Source: an uncultured Defluviitaleaceae bacterium (GTDB lineage: Bacteria > Bacillota > Clostridia > Lachnospirales > WRBF01). From it: a stretch of 64,000 nt of DNA. The translations under genes were made by a program, and so were the position numbers. Location: positions 66,896-130,895 of the forward strand of contig CAZBLK010000002.1 in NCBI GenBank assembly GCA_964492715.1, written 5' to 3'. Positions 42,473 through 50,107 of this stretch are shown here, piece after piece. Numbering within the stretch: the stretch's first letter is position 1; every line of letters starts with the position of its first letter. Below the pieces are notes generated by a model that was given only the letters and a program-made list of their open reading frames with translations, did no database searches and was not told the DNA's origin.

Positions 42473-43849
42473 TTGAAAAGATTTGTAGCTTTATTGTCAG
42501 CAACTCTTTTAGCATTCTCATTTTCTGCTACAAGTATGGCAGCAGATGCAGTTTCTAGTTCAACATCTGCAGGTTGGTCAGCAACTGCAGCACCAGCAGC
42601 GACACCAAAACCAGTAGCAACACCAAAGCCAGTAGCAACTGCTACTCCGAAGCCAGCAACACCAGCACCTGTTGCAACTCCTGCGCCAACTCCAGCACCT
42701 GTTGCGACCCCTGCACCAACACCAGCACCAGCACCTGTTGCAACTCCTGCACCAACTCCAGCGCCTGTTGCTACACCTGCACCAGTGGAGAAGAAAACTA
42801 CTACATATCGTGGCTTGCTCACTAGTGGTACAGACACACAAGTTGTTCTTAATGTTGTTTTAGACGGAGACACAATTGAAGACGTTTCCTTCAGAGTTCT
42901 TTACTCAAGGGGCACTGACTATTTAAAAGCAACTGACCCAAAGGGTGTTAAAGAAAGAACAATGTATCAAGAACTTTTGGACTACTTAAAGGGCAAAAAA
43001 GTTTCTGCTGTTAACGACCTTTACAAAGTTGAAGGGCTTGACGGCGTATCATCAGCTACAGTTTTAGGCGGAAAAGTTATTTCTGCGTTCAATGATGCTA
43101 TTTCAAGAGGACCTTTTGAATTAGGCTCTGAAGATGACAAAATTGTAACAAAGAAATACCGTGACGGCGATTACAGAGGCTTCTACACAGGTAGCCAAGA
43201 ACTTGAAGTTGCAGTTAACTACACGCTTAAAGACAACAAAATTACAAACATTTACTACACAAAGCTTACTTCTCGTGGTAAAGACTACTTAAAAGCTACA
43301 GATTCTGCTTCACGCAAGACAGTAGTTCAATGGAACAACTTCATTTACCACTTAATTGGTAAAGACGTTTCTGCTATCAACAACCTTTACGGCGAAGACG
43401 TTGACGGTACTTCAACTGCAACTGTGCCAATGGGCAAAATTATTTCCCCAATTATGGACGGTTTAAACAGAGGACCATACAAGCCAGCTAGAGTTTATAG
43501 AAACGACCGCAAGCTTGAAAACGGTACATACCGTGGTACATACTCTGTTGCAGGTTCAGCAGAAGTTACACTTGAATACGTTGTTAGTGGCAACAAAATT
43601 AAAGACATTGCATACAAGAGCCTTGTTTACCGTGGTACAGACTACTTGAAGTCTGAAGATGCAAAGCATATTGCACTTAAAAAGCAATATCAAGAACTTT
43701 TGGACTACTTAAAGGGCAAAGACGTGTCACACATTGAAGACATGTACAGCTTAAAGGACATTGACGGTTTATCGTCTGCAACTCTTAGAAGTGCAAAAGT
43801 TGTTTCAGCATTTAACGATGCTGCAAACAGAGGCGTTTATAAGAAGTAA
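42473..43849 (+). CDS. Secreted protein with a Pro/Thr/Ala linker and three tandem FMN-binding (FMN_bind-like) domains
   Basis: 458-aa ORF with a TTG start after AGGGAGAG. Signal peptide with SMA-AD cleavage and no lipobox Cys. About 70-aa (V)ATPAPTPAP linker. Three units of roughly 105-115 aa, each with Y(R)G...V.V...I.D/N and a flavinylation-type motif DGVSSATV, DGTSTATV or DGLSSATL. Confidence 0.75.
   Translation: MKRFVALLSATLLAFSFSATSMAADAVSSSTSAGWSATAAPAATPKPVATPKPVATATPKPATPAPVATPAPTPAPVATPAPTPAPAPVATPAPTPAPVATPAPVEKKTTTYRGLLTSGTDTQVVLNVVLDGDTIEDVSFRVLYSRGTDYLKATDPKGVKERTMYQELLDYLKGKKVSAVNDLYKVEGLDGVSSATVLGGKVISAFNDAISRGPFELGSEDDKIVTKKYRDGDYRGFYTGSQELEVAVNYTLKDNKITNIYYTKLTSRGKDYLKATDSASRKTVVQWNNFIYHLIGKDVSAINNLYGEDVDGTSTATVPMGKIISPIMDGLNRGPYKPARVYRNDRKLENGTYRGTYSVAGSAEVTLEYVVSGNKIKDIAYKSLVYRGTDYLKSEDAKHIALKKQYQELLDYLKGKDVSHIEDMYSLKDIDGLSSATLRSAKVVSAFNDAANRGVYKK
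42585..42790 (+). repeat. Imperfect tandem repeats encoding the PT-rich linker
   Basis: Reiterated CCAGCACCTGTTGCAACTCCTGCACCAACT-type units. These create long spurious ORFs in other frames and on the opposite strand. Confidence 0.8.
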
Positions 43850-43862
43850 TAATAAATTTTTA

Positions 43863-43890
43863 GGGGAAGCTTGGCTTCCCCTTTTTGTTT
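43863..43890 (+). terminator. Intrinsic terminator (between convergent genes)
   Basis: GGGGAAGC-ttg-GCTTCCCC followed by TTTTTGTTTT. Confidence 0.8.
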
Positions 43891-43893
43891 TGG

Positions 43894-45627
43894 TTATACA
43901 AACGAAAACGCTTCAACATCAAACAACCCTTTAGTCGTAAGGCGCAAAGCTGGAATTACAGGCAACCCCAAAAAGCCAAGTATCATAAACGGGTTTATTT
44001 CTTTGTTTACGTTTAAAATGTCATACGCCTGTTTAGTAATAGTTTCCATTTCAATGTTTATTTCTTCAAGTGGCTTGTCAGACAAAAGCCCAGCAATTGG
44101 AAGGTTTAGCATGTTTAAAACTTTACCGTTATGAGCAAGCACAATTCCGCCGCCGCTTACTGACAGCTTTTTAACCGCAACAACTATGTCACCGTCGTTG
44201 TCGCCAGCAACAACTATGTTGTGGGCATCGTGGCAAACTGTTTGTGCAATTGCACCGTTTTGTATGCCCAGCCCTTCAATTAAACCAAGCCCAATTTCGT
44301 CTTTTGCCTTGTGTCGCTCAATTACGGCAGCTTTGCAAACGTCAATCCCTTTTACATGCTCAAAGCAGCCGTTTTTGTCAAGACGCACAATTCGCTTATG
44401 CTTTGTTGTAACTATGCTGTCTTTTGTTAAGCCAATAACGGTTGCAACTTCACTGTTTAGCCTAAGCTTTAGGCTGTCTTCTGTGATAGGCTTTAGCTTT
44501 ACCGTAAAAAGAACTTTTGTTTCGGAAGCGATTCTTCCTGCAAAAAGAGCTTTTCCGTCTTTGGCAACAAGCTTTCCAGCTTTGTATACCTTTGACACGT
44601 TGAAATTTTTCAAGTCGTCAAGCACAACAATGTCGGCTTTATAGTTTGGGGCGATTGCACCTTTTCCCTTTAAGCTGTAACATTCGGCGGCGTTTAGCGT
44701 AGCCATTGTAACAGCAATTAATGGGTCTAAGCCGTTTTCAACAGCAAGCCGCATTGCAGAATTTATGTGCCCTTCGTTTATAATTTCGTTTGGGTGGCGG
44801 TCGTCTGTGCAAAAAACAAAACGGCGGAAGTTTTTTTCGTTGATGCCTTTTACAAGGTGTTTAACTTCTTTACATGCTGAACCATTTCTTACTAATATGT
44901 ACATTCCAAGGCGAGACTTTTCAACCATTTCAGAAACGGTTGCACACTCATGGTCGGTTTTTGCGCCGCTTGCAGCATACGCCGCAAGGTCGCAGCCACA
45001 AAGCCTTGGGGCGTGGCCATCAATTATTTTTCCGTCTGCGGCAACAATCTTTTTTAAAACGGCTTCATCTGCCGTGCAAACGTTTGGGTACGACATAAGT
45101 TCCCCAAGTCCATATGCGTCGTTTTGGGAAAGAAGTGCGGAAATTTCTTTTTCGTCTAAAACTGCACCTGTACTTTCAAACGAAACTGCTGGTACGCATG
45201 AGGGCGCCATAATTTTAATATCAAGCGGCAAGTCGTTACAGTCGGCAAGCATAAAGCGTATGCCGTCTGCACCGCAAACGTTTGCGATTTCGTGCGGGTC
45301 GGCAATTACTGTAAGCGTGCCAGACGGAACAACCGCTCGTGCAAACTGGCTTGGCGTAACCATTGACGACTCAATGTGAACGTGTGCGTCAATAAAAGCT
45401 GGGGCTACAAACTTGCCGTTTATGTCAACTTCTTCTAATCCGTCATATTTTCCGATAGCGGCAATTAAGCCGTCACAAATTGCAACATCACCTTCCACAA
45501 TTTCTTGCGTAAAAACGTTTACAACCTTACAATTTTTTAAAACAAGCTCGGCTTTGTGCCTTCCTGCTGCTACGTCTATCCGTTTTTTCAGAAGCTCTAG
45601 CTTTTTTTGTTCCTCATGCGTTTCCAT
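43894..45627 (-). CDS. ade: Adenine deaminase
   Basis: 577-aa ORF. FIDAHVHIESSMV, IADPHEIANV and the overall Ade length. Confidence 0.9.
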   Translation of the reverse strand: METHEEQKKLELLKKRIDVAAGRHKAELVLKNCKVVNVFTQEIVEGDVAICDGLIAAIGKYDGLEEVDINGKFVAPAFIDAHVHIESSMVTPSQFARAVVPSGTLTVIADPHEIANVCGADGIRFMLADCNDLPLDIKIMAPSCVPAVSFESTGAVLDEKEISALLSQNDAYGLGELMSYPNVCTADEAVLKKIVAADGKIIDGHAPRLCGCDLAAYAASGAKTDHECATVSEMVEKSRLGMYILVRNGSACKEVKHLVKGINEKNFRRFVFCTDDRHPNEIINEGHINSAMRLAVENGLDPLIAVTMATLNAAECYSLKGKGAIAPNYKADIVVLDDLKNFNVSKVYKAGKLVAKDGKALFAGRIASETKVLFTVKLKPITEDSLKLRLNSEVATVIGLTKDSIVTTKHKRIVRLDKNGCFEHVKGIDVCKAAVIERHKAKDEIGLGLIEGLGIQNGAIAQTVCHDAHNIVVAGDNDGDIVVAVKKLSVSGGGIVLAHNGKVLNMLNLPIAGLLSDKPLEEINIEMETITKQAYDILNVNKEINPFMILGFLGLPVIPALRLTTKGLFDVEAFSFV

Positions 45628-45628
45628 T

Positions 45629-46996
45629 TTAAAGCCCCCTTTCGGTTTTGACTAAACTTTCAGAGTGTGAAACAGCTTCCTTCCTTATTTTTTCTTCATC
45701 AATTGTTAAAAGCTTTCCACCACGGACTACAACTTCACCGTTTACAATTGTTGTGTCAACGACGCTTGTGTTTCCGCAGCAAACAATTGCAGTTGCAACG
45801 GAGTGGCAACCAGCATATGCTATGTCGTTTAAGTTTATTGCAATCAGGTCAGCGCCTTTTCCAGTTTCAACCGAACCAATGTCGTTTCGCCCAAGAACTT
45901 TTGCGCCGCCTTTTGTTGCCATTTCAAGTGTTTGCATTGCAGAAAGCCCATTTTCGGCATACTTCAAATGGTTTAAAAGGTACGCACGGCGAACTTCCTC
46001 CCACATTGATGAGCCGTCGTTTGATGCGCTTCCGTCCACAGCTACCCCGATTTTTATACCCATGCGAACAAGTTCAGACGTGCGGCAAATTCCACTTCCA
46101 AGCTTCATGTTAGAAGATGGGCAATGGGCTATGCCAACGCCAGCTTTTTTAAGCCGTGCAAGCTCGGTGTCATTAAAAAAAATGCCGTGGGCAAACCAAA
46201 CACGTTCGTTTAGCCAGCCAACGTCTTCCATTAAATCAACAGGGCGCAAGCCATATTTTTCCAGGCAAAAGTTTTCTTCGTCGATTGTTTCGCAAAGGTG
46301 AGTGTGCAGCATTATGCCGTATTTTTCTGAAAGCTGTGCAGAATTTTTCATAAGTTCTTTTGTAACGGAGAAAGGAGAACATGGGGCAAGTGCAACCCTT
46401 TTCATTGAAAGGTTTTTGTTGTCGTGGAACTTTTCTATAAGCCGAACGGAGTCTTCTAAAATTTGTTCCTCGGTTTGAACAACTTGGTTTGGCGGAAGCC
46501 CACCCTTGTCCTTGCCAAGTGACATGGAGCCACGGGTTGCATGGAAGCGGATTCCAATTTCTTCGGCGGCTGAAAATTGCTTGTCAATTAAAAAGCTGCT
46601 AGTATTTTGCGGAAAAACATAATGGTGGTCGGTAGTTGTGGTGCAACCTGTTTTTAAAAGCTCGGAAAACCCAACCATTGAGCCGTAGTAAACTGTTTCG
46701 TCTGTTAGGTGCTTCCAAAACTCGTAAAGCCCAACTAGCCAAGGAAAAAGCGGCTTTTCCTGCACCTCGTCAATTCCACGGAAAAGCGTTTGGTACAAGT
46801 GGTGGTGTGTGTTTACAAACCCCGGTAAAACAGCTTTTCCACACATGTCAAGAGTTTCTGCTTCGGGGCAATTTATGTTTTTTCCAATTTGTGAAATTTG
46901 GTTTCCGTCAAGCAAAACGTCAACGTTTTGAAGTGTTTCGTTTGTTTCATTAAAAGTAAAAAGCCATGATATATTTTTAAGAAGTTTTTTTGCCAT
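45629..46996 (-). CDS. Amidohydrolase of the guanine / 8-oxoguanine deaminase (TRZ/ATZ) type
   Basis: 455 aa from the ATG at 46996, with a GGAGG RBS. PGFVNTHHHLYQTLFRG, HLCET and GVAVDGSASND motifs. Confidence 0.75.
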   Translation of the reverse strand: MAKKLLKNISWLFTFNETNETLQNVDVLLDGNQISQIGKNINCPEAETLDMCGKAVLPGFVNTHHHLYQTLFRGIDEVQEKPLFPWLVGLYEFWKHLTDETVYYGSMVGFSELLKTGCTTTTDHHYVFPQNTSSFLIDKQFSAAEEIGIRFHATRGSMSLGKDKGGLPPNQVVQTEEQILEDSVRLIEKFHDNKNLSMKRVALAPCSPFSVTKELMKNSAQLSEKYGIMLHTHLCETIDEENFCLEKYGLRPVDLMEDVGWLNERVWFAHGIFFNDTELARLKKAGVGIAHCPSSNMKLGSGICRTSELVRMGIKIGVAVDGSASNDGSSMWEEVRRAYLLNHLKYAENGLSAMQTLEMATKGGAKVLGRNDIGSVETGKGADLIAINLNDIAYAGCHSVATAIVCCGNTSVVDTTIVNGEVVVRGGKLLTIDEEKIRKEAVSHSESLVKTERGL

Positions 46997-47064
46997 TGCA
47001 TACCTCCTATAAGAGAAGCGGCTTGTTGTGCACAAGCCGCTTAGTAGTAAAACTTATAAATATT

Positions 47065-48396
47065 TTAAGCAAAGAACAGCTTGAAAAGGAACAAAATTGA
47101 AATAACAATCATTACAACACTTACGTCCTTTTGTTTGCCAACTAAAAGCTTTAATACAACATAACTTAAAACGCCGAAAACAAGCCCTTCTGAAATGCTG
47201 TATGTTAAAGGCATCATTATAATTGCCATAAAGGCTGGGAAGCCTTCGGAAAAGTCTGAAAAGTCAATTTTTTTAACAGACTCAATCATAAATAGCCCAA
47301 CAATTATAAGAGCAGGCGCAGTTGCAAAAGCTGGAATTGCAAAGAAAATTGGTGAAAAAATAAGTGCTACTGCAAAGAGAGCCGCCGTAACAAGTGATGA
47401 AAGCCCTGTTCTTCCGCCTTCGGCAACACCTGCTGCACTTTCAACAAAAGTTGTAACTGTTGATGTACCTACAACAGCACCAAACGTTGTGCCGACAGCG
47501 TCTGCAAGAAGTGCTTGTTTAAGCCTTGGAAGCTTGCCATTTTTATCAAGGAAGCCTGCTTTTTCTGAAACGCCGATAAGTGTACCAATTGTGTCAAACA
47601 CGTCTACAAAAAGGAAGGTGAAAACCAAAGTGATAAATGTCCAAATGTTAAAGTTTTCTATTTGAGAAGAAAATGCAACAAAGATGTTGTCGGTTGTGGC
47701 TGGAGGTAAAGAAACTATTGAAGAAGGGATAAGAGAAAACGCACCAGCATCTGGGTTTACAACGTAAAGCCCTGTAAGCTGGCAAACAATGCCTATAATG
47801 TAAGTAATAATAATTCCCCAGAACAAAGCACCTTTAACCTTTTTAATCAAAAGCACCATTGTAATAATTATGCCAACCATTGCAAGAATTGTAGTAATGC
47901 TTTTTACGTCGCCAAGCGCAACTGAAGTTGCTTCGTTAGAAACGACAAGCCCTGCATTTTTAAGCCCGATAAACGCAATGAACAGCCCAATCCCTACGCT
48001 TACTGCGTACTTCAAGTTTTTTGGAATGCTGTCAAAAATTGCTTCACGCACGTTTACAAGTGACATTAAAATAAAAATGACACCTTCAGTGAATACCGCT
48101 AAAAGTGCCATTTGCCAACCGTATGTAAGTGCTACAGAAAATGTGAAAAACGCATTAAGCCCCATGCCTGGTGCAAGTGCAAACGGATAGTTTGCAATAA
48201 GTGCCATTGTCAAGGTTGCAACGACAGACGCAAGAGCAGTTGCAGTAAACACAGAGCCCCAGTCCATTCCGCTTGCTGACAGCATGTTTGGGTTTACTAT
48301 AAGGATATACGCCATTGTCATAAACGTAGTAAGCCCTGCGTAAACCTCGGTGGAAACAGTTGTTTTGTTTTCCTTCAGCTTAAAAAACTTTTCCAT
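47065..48396 (-). CDS. NCS2/AzgA-family purine (adenine/guanine/hypoxanthine) permease
   Basis: 443-aa polytopic ORF. N-terminal FKLKENKTTVSTEVYAGLTTFMTMAYILIVNP typical of PbuG/AzgA-like permeases. GGGAGG RBS. Confidence 0.9.
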   Translation of the reverse strand: MEKFFKLKENKTTVSTEVYAGLTTFMTMAYILIVNPNMLSASGMDWGSVFTATALASVVATLTMALIANYPFALAPGMGLNAFFTFSVALTYGWQMALLAVFTEGVIFILMSLVNVREAIFDSIPKNLKYAVSVGIGLFIAFIGLKNAGLVVSNEATSVALGDVKSITTILAMVGIIITMVLLIKKVKGALFWGIIITYIIGIVCQLTGLYVVNPDAGAFSLIPSSIVSLPPATTDNIFVAFSSQIENFNIWTFITLVFTFLFVDVFDTIGTLIGVSEKAGFLDKNGKLPRLKQALLADAVGTTFGAVVGTSTVTTFVESAAGVAEGGRTGLSSLVTAALFAVALIFSPIFFAIPAFATAPALIIVGLFMIESVKKIDFSDFSEGFPAFMAIIMMPLTYSISEGLVFGVLSYVVLKLLVGKQKDVSVVMIVISILFLFKLFFA

Positions 48397-48423
48397 TGCT
48401 ATTCCTCCCTAAAATATTCAACG

Positions 48424-48495
48424 TGAATTTGAAATTTAAAAGCCTTTAAAATTTAGTCCGTAGAACTTAGTCCATAAAACTTTCTAAAAGGCTTT
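48424..48495 (-). promoter_or_regulatory. Terminator-like long hairpin in the leader of the purine permease gene (candidate attenuator)
   Basis: 9-bp closing stem AAAGCCTTT (48439-48447) / AAAGGCTTT (48487-48495) enclosing a 39-nt segment that is itself partly paired (UAGAA/UUCUA). On the minus strand UUUUAAAUUU follows. Ends about 28 nt before the RBS. Confidence 0.35.
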
Positions 48496-48750
48496 AGCTT
48501 CAAAATTCAAATGAGATGAAAAGTTACACCAATAAAATAATGGATTAAACTTAATTTGTCAATTACCAATTTCGGTAGTAAAGGAGTGGTGCTTGAATAG
48601 CTGATGTTCCAAGTTAGAAATTATGCATAATTATACAATGTCAAATTATAAGTATTTAACAAATGGATTTAATGTTTAGATGTCAAGGTTCGGAAAAAAT
48701 TACAATTAGGATTGTATAAATTTTTGCTTTTTTGTACATATAAGTCGAAA

Positions 48751-49215
48751 TTAGGCGTCGTTTACACACTTTTCCACTGCATTTAAAATGTTTTCATACC
48801 CTGTACAGCGGCACAAGTGTCCAGAAATAAGCACTTTAAGCTCGTCACGGCTATACTTTTTGCCTGTGCCGACAATTTCAACGGCTGTTAAAATTAAACC
48901 AGGGGTACAAAAGCCACATTGCACGGCTGCTTCTTCGATAAACGCTTTTTGAACACGGTTCAATTCTCCGTCTTCCGAAAGAAGCCCTTCCACTGTTAAA
49001 ATGTTTTTTCCTTCTGCCCAAACAGCCAAGTATATGCACGAATTAAAGCCTTTTCCGTTAATCAAAACGGTACATGCGCCACACTCGCCAACTTCACAGC
49101 CTTTTTTCACGCTTGTTAAAAACAGCCTGTTTCTAAGCATGTCGGAAAGCGATTCCCTTTCGTCAACGGCAACAGTTACGTTTTTGCCGTTTACCACACA
49201 ATTAATTGTTTTCAT
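48751..49215 (-). CDS. xdhC: Xanthine dehydrogenase [2Fe-2S] small subunit
   Basis: 154 aa from the ATG at 49215; the track ORF runs upstream to 49386 through the neighbouring gene. CEVGECGACTV and CGFCTPG...CRCTGY motifs. Confidence 0.9.
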   Translation of the reverse strand: MKTINCVVNGKNVTVAVDERESLSDMLRNRLFLTSVKKGCEVGECGACTVLINGKGFNSCIYLAVWAEGKNILTVEGLLSEDGELNRVQKAFIEEAAVQCGFCTPGLILTAVEIVGTGKKYSRDELKVLISGHLCRCTGYENILNAVEKCVNDA

Positions 49216-50107
49216 GGGCGTCGCCACCTCCGTTTTTAATTGCCTGTACAAAGGCTCTTTTTGAAATTTCTGAAGCAATTTGCAACCGAAATTCTTTTGA
49301 TGCACGCCATGACGTTCTTGGGTTAATTTCTTCGGTAACGCCTTTTGAAATTGTGGAAAGAAGCTCTCTTGTAACTTGTTTGCCAATTAAAGCTTCTTCG
49401 GTTTTCTTGCACCGCATTGGAACAGGGGCGGCTGTGCCGAACGAAATTCTTAAATCGGAAATTACGTTTTTCGTTTCGTCAAGCTTACACAAAACACAGC
49501 AAGCCAAAGTTGCAATGTCCATTGCGTTACGCATTGCGTACTTTATGTAGTGTCCGCTAAAGCCTTCGTAGTCAGCTTTTTTAATTTTTAGTGCAGTTAC
49601 TACGTCGCCTGTTTTTAAGTTTACTTTTCCTGCACTAATGTAAAAGTCGGAAAGGGGCATTTCCTTTTTGCCGTCTGCACCCATTATTTCAACAGTTGCG
49701 TTTAACGCAAGAAGCGTTGCGCCAGAATCTGCGCTTGTTACACCGTTTGAAACGTTTCCGCCAATTGTGCCAATGTTTCTAACTTGCGGCCCTCCAACTT
49801 GGCTTACAGCCTGTGCCAAAACAGGAATGTGTTTAAGAACAATTTCGTTTTCGGCTACATCAGTAAAGCTGGTTAGTGCGCCAATTGTAATTGTTCCGTT
49901 TTCGTCACTATCTTCTTCAATCGAAACACCACGAAGCTCATCAAGCCCAAAAATGCTAACAAGCGAAACACCAGCAAGCCTGCCTTCACGTACTTGTATT
50001 AGCACGTCGCTTCCGCCAGCGATAATTTTTGCCTGAGGGTCTTTTACCAAAGCGTTTACGGCGTCTTGCACTGATGTTGCTTCGTAAACCGATTTAATGT
50101 CATACAT
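49202..50107 (-). CDS. xdhB: Xanthine dehydrogenase FAD-binding subunit
   Basis: 301 aa from the ATG at 50107, with an AGGAGGTG RBS. FAD_binding_5 pattern IIAGGSDVL and TIGGNV, plus a CO-dehydrogenase flavoprotein C-terminal domain. Confidence 0.85.
   Translation of the reverse strand: MYDIKSVYEATSVQDAVNALVKDPQAKIIAGGSDVLIQVREGRLAGVSLVSIFGLDELRGVSIEEDSDENGTITIGALTSFTDVAENEIVLKHIPVLAQAVSQVGGPQVRNIGTIGGNVSNGVTSADSGATLLALNATVEIMGADGKKEMPLSDFYISAGKVNLKTGDVVTALKIKKADYEGFSGHYIKYAMRNAMDIATLACCVLCKLDETKNVISDLRISFGTAAPVPMRCKKTEEALIGKQVTRELLSTISKGVTEEINPRTSWRASKEFRLQIASEISKRAFVQAIKNGGGDAHENN

Noticed and set aside
42325-42873. 182-aa minus-strand ORF rich in GAGV repeats, together with the plus-strand ORFs 42574-42825 and 42672-42863 and the minus-strand ORF 42578-42841
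   Set aside because: All lie within the tandem DNA repeats that encode the PT linker of the FMN-binding protein. They are low-complexity mirror translations with no RBS, so I treat them as artefacts.
48397-48750. Purine (guanine/adenine/xanthine-variant) riboswitch upstream of the purine permease
   Set aside because: I looked for a P1 stem enclosing two hairpins with a UAUAAU-type J1/2 and UUUCUACC-type J2/3. Only a chance CUACCG / GUUCUAC resemblance is present and there is no two-hairpin junction. Kept only as a generic attenuator candidate.
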